A stretch of DNA of 64,000 nucleotides, from assembly GCF_006345805.1 (NCBI RefSeq), contig NC_043000.1, positions 151,714,001-151,778,000 on the forward strand. The letters are read 5' to 3'. Shown here one piece after another: positions 60,719-64,000 of this stretch. Source of the DNA: Octopus sinensis. Its lineage: Eukaryota. Within the stretch, counting starts at the first letter, position 1; each line of letters opens with the position of its first letter. The notes below the pieces were generated by a model. That model saw nothing but the letters and a program-made list of their open reading frames with translations, was not told the DNA's origin and did not search any database. Both the position numbers and the translations under genes were made by a program.

Positions 60719-61045
60719 TATGAACGTCTTCTTTTCCATTTTCAGCTTTTCCTCCTCTGGCTGGGGTCATCTTTATATTTGACCCTTCCTTCTCTACCAT
60801 ACTACTATATTTCTTTAGCAGCTCTCCATTCCACTGTAACATCTGTTTCAGCATACGTGGGTCTAGGGGGAACTCGACCTCCAGTAGCTTCTGCATAATT
60901 TCTCTCTTTTCTCAATTATTCACTACCACCCAACAATCGTGGTTTCGCACAAAATATCGGCTAGAGTTCTTAAAAAAAAACAAAAAAAAAAGTTGTTCAG
61001 CTGGAGGTGGCGCTGCTAAATTCTTGTTCGAAATATATAGTTTTC

Positions 61046-61477
61046 GGATCTTTTCGGTTTGAACGGCAGTTTTTTAAAATAATTTCCACGTAACTAAACA
61101 CTTTTAAACTTCGTATACTGGTAGAATGTGTTTATAAAACATCTTTTTCTCTTGGCTTTATTGAGAAAATTCTATAGTTTGTAAGATATTTGTTGTTTTT
61201 TTCTTCAATTTCCGCAATTTCAACCAATCAATGACGTCTATTGAGGTGAAAACATTCTGTGCCGTATGAATATGTCCCTCGTTTAAGAAACAGATAGGGT
61301 TTATTTACATTTCTGAAGAAAAAAAAGATACCCTTCCCTCACCCCTAACACTAACCCTAACTAAACCTAACCCGCAAGCAGATAGAAATGCAATAGATCG
61401 ATACTATGGTCATAATTATGGGTGACAATTTCATATGACACCGCTAGAAAAAACTGCCGTTCAAACCGAATAGATCT
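61046..61477 (+). mobile_element. GGATC-MITE monomer with 8-bp TSD TAGTTTTC
   Basis: TSD at 61038-61045 and 61478-61485; internal CCCTAA-like repeats. Confidence 0.9.
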
Positions 61478-61709
61478 TAGTTTTCAAAGTGACACACAGT
61501 TACTGATCTACTAAAATAGAAAATTTCTATTTGTAAATCTTTCGACGAGAGACATTCAGTAACAGTATTCTAGAGTAAAGATTATTTGTCAACATAACGC
61601 GATACACAGATATTGTTTTGTGTTGAGTGGTGATGCTAAACTCCCTTGTTCGAAAATATAAGGACACAGTGTGCCGTATAGCCAGCTGGAGACGATGCTT
61701 CCTGACCGT

Positions 61710-62926
61710 AGAATTTCCACGGACTCTGCTAGAATAAATTATTGTTATAAGACTAAGCATCGTCTGTTGGAGAGTGCATCTGAAGAAGTCTAGACATAGT
61801 CCATTCGATACATAATTGTCTGTCTTCAGAAACGAAGTATGATTAATAATGCTTTAAAAAATCATTGTCTTTTGAGAATTTACTCGTCGTAACTTGTTAC
61901 ATTCCTTAATAATGGCAATAACATTCAATGAAGAGTTCCTACATAACCCCTCGTCGTGCTAGATACAGCAGCTAAAGCTCTCTCAAGAAAAGGAGGAAGG
62001 GTTGGATAATGTCGAACCAAATACAATAAATCTGAGAAAAAATTTGGGATAGTCACGGCTGGAATGCCTTTGATCATTGTTTGCTCAATCAAAGTTAACC
62101 TGGGGCTAAATAAACAGCTGCTGCTGCTGCTGCTGTTGTTGTTGTTGTTAAGCAACAAGATGGGTAAGGGTGATTAGGTGATGGTCTAGGGCTTAGGGGC
62201 GGAAGAACCCAGACCTTGGAAAAAAAAAACTTTGGTCGTCTTGTTGTAGTCGAGGGCTCTTCGTTGACGCCCGACACCACTGGGAGGTGGCCCTCGAAGT
62301 CGCTGGAAATGGAGATCTCCAGGTCCAAATTCTTGAACGGCTGCTGCTACTGCTGGGCAGCGGCAGCAACAACAACAACAACAACAACAACGGTAATTTC
62401 TTATTGATATATACAAGGCCATAGATACAGCAATAGAGGAAAGTCTAAAATTGTACCAGAGAAATATAGAAATAATAATGACTCTTATATTGGCATATAT
62501 TCTGGAGAGGAAACAATCAATTAAATCTACTTAACTAAAAGCAAAAAAGGAGGCGAGGGCCTAACTACCTACTTATCGTAAGGCGGTTTTTTCGTTGCTC
62601 TGCTGATCATGCTAACCTTCACCCTCAAATGTAGAAATAACAACTCTCAAAGAAACAAGGTGACAAATGTATGACAAAGAATATAGTTTACAAAGCTGTC
62701 CTCTCCCATGATTACACCCTCAGTACTATATAATCAAAGCTTAAAGAATCAAAACATACAATCAAAAAATTTATATTCTGATCCGTTAAACTTCTAACAA
62801 GCTTACATTTTTCAAAATGACTAAAGAATTTCCACGGACTCTGCTAGAATAAATTATTGTTATAAGACTAAGCATCGTCTGTTGGAGAGTGCATCTGAAG
62901 AAGCCTGGACAAAGCCATTCGATACA
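61710..62926 (+). repeat. ~103-bp direct repeats (61710-61812 and 62825-62926), possibly a Penelope-like remnant
   Basis: The first ~78 bp are identical. A weak GIY-YIG-like peptide (CMTKNIVYKAV) lies upstream of the second copy. Confidence 0.5.
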
Positions 62927-64000
62927 AGGAAAAAAACATAATCAAAACATTGTTTACTGAAAATTTATTAAATATTAATGAACTAAGTGCATAGTTATTA
63001 AAATGTCTGTTTATTCAGAAAAAAAAATACAAAGTTCCAATGTTGTAGAAATCAATGTTGGAAAATATGATTGATTCCCATACTGAACTCATGAATGTAT
63101 AAGTTATATATAAATATAAACAAAGTATGACCACCGATGCATCGGTTATCACTGAAAGTTATTGTAGTTTCAAAAAAAGAAATTTTCATAGTGTTAAATG
63201 TTGGTACATATTATTTGTCACAAAAAAATATCCTCCGCCATCTAGTTAACCATAAAATCAAAATTTACAACGTGGTAAGAGAGAATAAATGTCTTTCTGA
63301 AGTAAGACATCAATTCTTTCTCAAGATTTTGCCAGCATATCACATCCAGCAAACGGTATATTACAATCAATGCTTGTTGTTGTAGGTATCTTTATTTACC
63401 TGATGAATGGAGGATGTATTTAAAAAAAATCAACAAAAAAACTTCCTGATAGGTCAGTAAGTACATAGTTAGGATGCTCACCTCTAATATGCAGTTACTC
63501 TCAATATTGCACGCACACATCACATGGCATTTGTCTCAACTTAATGAAACCCCATAATGACCCTATATACATCGATACAGCCATTTTGGTTAGTCATCCT
63601 CACAGAAATCGTCTTTCTTTCACTTTTATTTTTGTGAGATTTTGTAATATTTAAATCAAATTTCGTGAAAAATAAAGTGTATCAAAATTAAAATAAAATG
63701 TTATCTAGTAAAAGTATCGATTTGATAAAATATTTAAAAATGTAAGTTTTACATTTTCTGTCTTAAATTTGAAAATACTGATGATTTTTGCTTTTAAAAG
63801 TGACAAAATATCCGTGTTTCGCTTCTTAAGTGAAGTGTTATTTTAAAAAATTGATTTCATTTTAATTTTTCAAATGGTATCTAACCAATACGTCCAATGT
63901 TTTTTTTATTAATTATTTGTCGTGTTATTTAAATAATCTTGTTTTACTATTAAATATCTAAATAGCTGAGATGAGTTATCGTTGATACGAAAATAATCTT

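Larger units (their letters stand above)
59010..60900 (-). pseudogene. LINE ORF1-like (gag-type) fossil with CCHC knuckle, split by a Helitron (59706-60000) and a SINE (60278-60718)
   Basis: EGRPPKCYECGERGHLRKKCP; protein-like minus-strand frames continue across both insertions. Confidence 0.6.

Noticed and set aside
62186-62422. Poly-C/A/T low-complexity ORFs
   Set aside because: They come from (CTG)n/(CAA)n microsatellites; no splice sites or domain support.

Overview
AT-rich, repeat-dense eukaryotic genomic DNA. The SINE, Helitron and microsatellite repertoire suggests a coleoid cephalopod, probably Octopus (inference). There are two convergent host genes. One is an intronless NOC2L ortholog (+, ~10367-12373). 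The other is a five-exon GDAP1 ortholog (-, 21413-42207, 341 aa), whose exons I joined by hand with GT/AG ends and consistent phases. The rest is mostly transposon-derived: three to four tRNA-type SINE families, Tc1/mariner fossils, a Merlin (IS1595-like) transposase fossil, GG...CC MITEs with 8-9 bp TSDs, piggyBac-type TTAA MITEs, non-autonomous Helitrons, RTE/CR1/CRE/Penelope-like fragments and long microsatellites. The strongest lead is a set of ~190-nt (TA)n-associated repeats that each carry a minimal hammerhead-ribozyme motif of the Penelope-associated, dimer-cleaving type, with compensatory stem changes between families. Other notable structures are an ~820-bp palindromic MITE dimer inserted as one unit, a 25-bp TIR mini-element with a 9-bp TSD, a SINE-derived 170-bp tandem array and a mariner/RTE chimera. 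No CRISPR, rRNA or true tRNA genes were seen. Family names come from recalled motifs, not database searches.
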